64,000 nucleotides of DNA from Marsupella aquatica. Lineage: Eukaryota; Plantae; Marchantiophyta. Positions 61,519-64,000 of this stretch are shown here, piece after piece. Made by a program: the position numbers and the translations under genes. Position 1 is the stretch's first letter. Each line of letters starts with the position of its first letter. The notes below the pieces were generated by a model, which searched no databases, was not told where the DNA came from, and saw only the letters and a program-made list of their open reading frames with translations. Location: NCBI GenBank assembly GCA_973895155.1, contig OZ316895.1:11763919-11827918 (forward strand). The letters run 5' to 3'.

Positions 61519-64000
61519 TTATATAGATTCTTCGAAGGAGGTCCTGCCCCACTACTGTTCCGTTTTCCCTCGCTGAGCACAGATGGGGTTTGGCATGTAT
61601 TTTACTAGGGTTAAGTTAGTATATCCTCACAATAGGAGCTCTTCCATGGTTTTAGTGATAATCGAATTCTTAGATCGCTGGTAAGAGTCAAAAGAATTGG
61701 TAAATGAGTAGATTCTGCAGTGCAGGTAGGTTAGAGACCCATTTCATACTGTGCAGTCAATGGTGGGATATAATTTTTCTGGAGAGGGAATGTTCGATGC
61801 GATCTATCTTGTGGCCCTTTTATGCATCAACTTCCCAGGCTGGAATACAGGCAAGCCCGTTACATTACGACACATGATGAACAGGTGGGGAGAACTGGTC
61901 TTTCTGGCCTCTGTATCACCTGTTGTGCAATGACTTGGGCTCAAGGGCTCGGTGTGGGATGTCTGCTGAGAATTACTTGTGCAGTCTCATGGACAAAACC
62001 ACGGAATTTGTAAATCTCACTACTTGAGGAGTAAAGTGAGCTTTAATTCCTTTCTTTCTACTTGTTTGTCAAGCTTGATGGAACTGAAGCCGATTCTTTC
62101 CAAAGGGTACGTTCAATTTGGAACCTGCATCCACAGAGTGTCTTAAAATCGTGGAGGAAGCAGTGACAGAAACTCCATCGCTCGAGATACTTTTCATCTG
62201 CAATTCTTTGGAAATGTTGTTATCCAATCGGAGTCAGAATGGTGTTCCTAAGAACGCTAACTTTTGTGTGAGCTAACCGAAGTCCGCCAACTTCCCTTCG
62301 TTTTGCTTCCTCCAAAATCTAAAAATCTGAAACGAGGTTGACGGTCCGCCAAATCTGCTTTTGGTTCTCGACCAGAGTACATCCTCTGTCGCACCCCTAC
62401 TCCTGTAAGATTTAAAATTTAAGCTTTAATCTCTAGTGAATGTGACGGGCGATTGGCATACGTATTTGTGCCTGTACCCTTTGGTTGGGCTCGATCTGTC
62501 AAAATATCCAGGGGTTCAAAAGCTTCATCGACTAAAAGTTGTTTCTGATTTCTTCCTCTCCCTGTAACAGATATGTTGGACAATGCTCCTAACAGCATCT
62601 CCGACTCTCATTGAAAAAATGTGCTACCTAATCCAGCAAGCTGAATGCAAAAGTGCAGTCCGATGCGTGTACTGGAACGCGAACGCAGAAAGACTAAACA
62701 AGGATTTGCTCCACGGAACTGCTAATCTTCATTCTATACAGTCCTTTGTCTAGCCTTTGGGGTTCTAAACAGGATTTTGGGTCGATTAAGATTAAACGAC
62801 ACTCCTCGCTTTGTGCTCTGTGGAAACGGATTTTTGGTGGGACAAGAGAGCAATTTTAGCTCGGGAGTAGAAGCAGTGCCTCTTGCTGTTTTGTTGCCCT
62901 CAGTTTTGTTCATCGTTTTCGTTGCTGGTAATGCACAGATCTGCACTCTCGCGAATCCTAGATTGCAAATTTCTTGTTTGGAGATCATGTCGCAACCCAA
63001 AGGAGGTAAATTTCAATATCATTGAGATATAGCAGATTGCCCATGTTCTTCTGTGGGAGCTCAACAGAATTCTGATGGATGCTGGATGAAAGTGGAGCAG
63101 TATTTCACCAAGACTACGTCAATGTAGAAAGTACCCAGGTCGTGTGGGAAGAATGTCCTGAAGTCGATAAGGTCCTTGGGATTGAAGTAGGGTCTCATCA
63201 CGATTGTGCGAAGTTCTAGGGCGCCGTGTCCATCGTCTGGGAGTCGAATGTGAGTGGCGCAAGCAAAGGAGGAGAATGACGGCCTTGGTAGAGAGAGCTT
63301 TACGCTTGAAATACTGGCTCAGAGGTGCATGGGGAACAAGAAGGCAAAGGAGTTGGATAAGATTGGGATGTTTTCTTTCAATAGTTGGATTCGGCGTTGG
63401 GTTTTTTTTTTCCCTGCTTTTTCCCCTGCTGGTTTCTTTCCCCATTATTGCCGTTTGCGGAACTCACATGCGACCAAGAATAGCTACTGTTCACTCGTGA
63501 GGCAGCAGCCATGTGGTACTTCACGTGTGAATGCACCCCACCACAGCACCCCATCGCATCGTCATCACATGAGTGGAGCTGAATTAATTGCTGAATTTCA
63601 ATTCAGCTCCTCGACCTTCTCCGTACAGACAGAACCTCGGGTGCATGAACGAGATACTCGGGATCCACGAGGCACGGCGACTGCGTTTCAGCCCTCTACC
63701 CAAATTTCTGACTCATTTCGGTCGTTTAGTCTAGTCTAGTCTTGTCAAGTTCTGGTTGTTTCATGTGTTCTTGCTTCCAGGATCTCTTGTAACAATTTGA
63801 CAACATAATTGAGTGGGCACGTTTGCACACAGTGACGGTGGTTTTTCAGTAGCTCGTTTGCCAGTAGTTCGTTTAGCGTGGATCTCGTTTTGCAGTAGCT
63901 CGATTTTCAGTAGTTCATTTCTGCCGTCAGGGAGGTCCGGTTTTGCTGGAGTGTTACCATTGTATCACCTGAATTCGACTTCACAATCATAGTTCACACT

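Noticed and set aside
62734-63739. ORFs of 80-160 aa near the right edge
   Set aside because: No splice pattern or recognisable domain, so a gene call cannot be supported.

Overview
This is land-plant nuclear DNA with spliceosomal introns. The repeat families look bryophyte-like, but the species cannot be fixed from sequence alone. Three host genes splice cleanly in frame: calreticulin-3 (14199-19177, +), a PTI1-like cytoplasmic kinase (26285-28864, +) and a conserved WD40/beta-propeller-like gene (57578-61518, +). The rest is a nest of mobile DNA: (1) the 3' part of an apparently intact CACTA/En-Spm element, whose TnpA-like gene carries exon-encoded GW/WG and RGG modules resembling an Argonaute hook; (2) a full-length L1 LINE with a 16-bp target-site duplication (TSD), nested in a PIF/Harbinger relic; (3) two fold-back elements and a tRNA-headed SINE; (4) a truncated Bianca-type Copia element with a probable extra ORF upstream of gag and a Copia solo LTR inside it; (5) two 3.4-4.9 kb TG...CA-bounded insertions with no gag/pol that each carry a long ORF of one family (globular domain, linker, coiled coil). 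One of the latter has a perfect 5-bp TSD and an empty-site paralog in the window, so it looks like a giant protein-coding solo LTR. Family names come from motifs recognised by eye; no database search was run.
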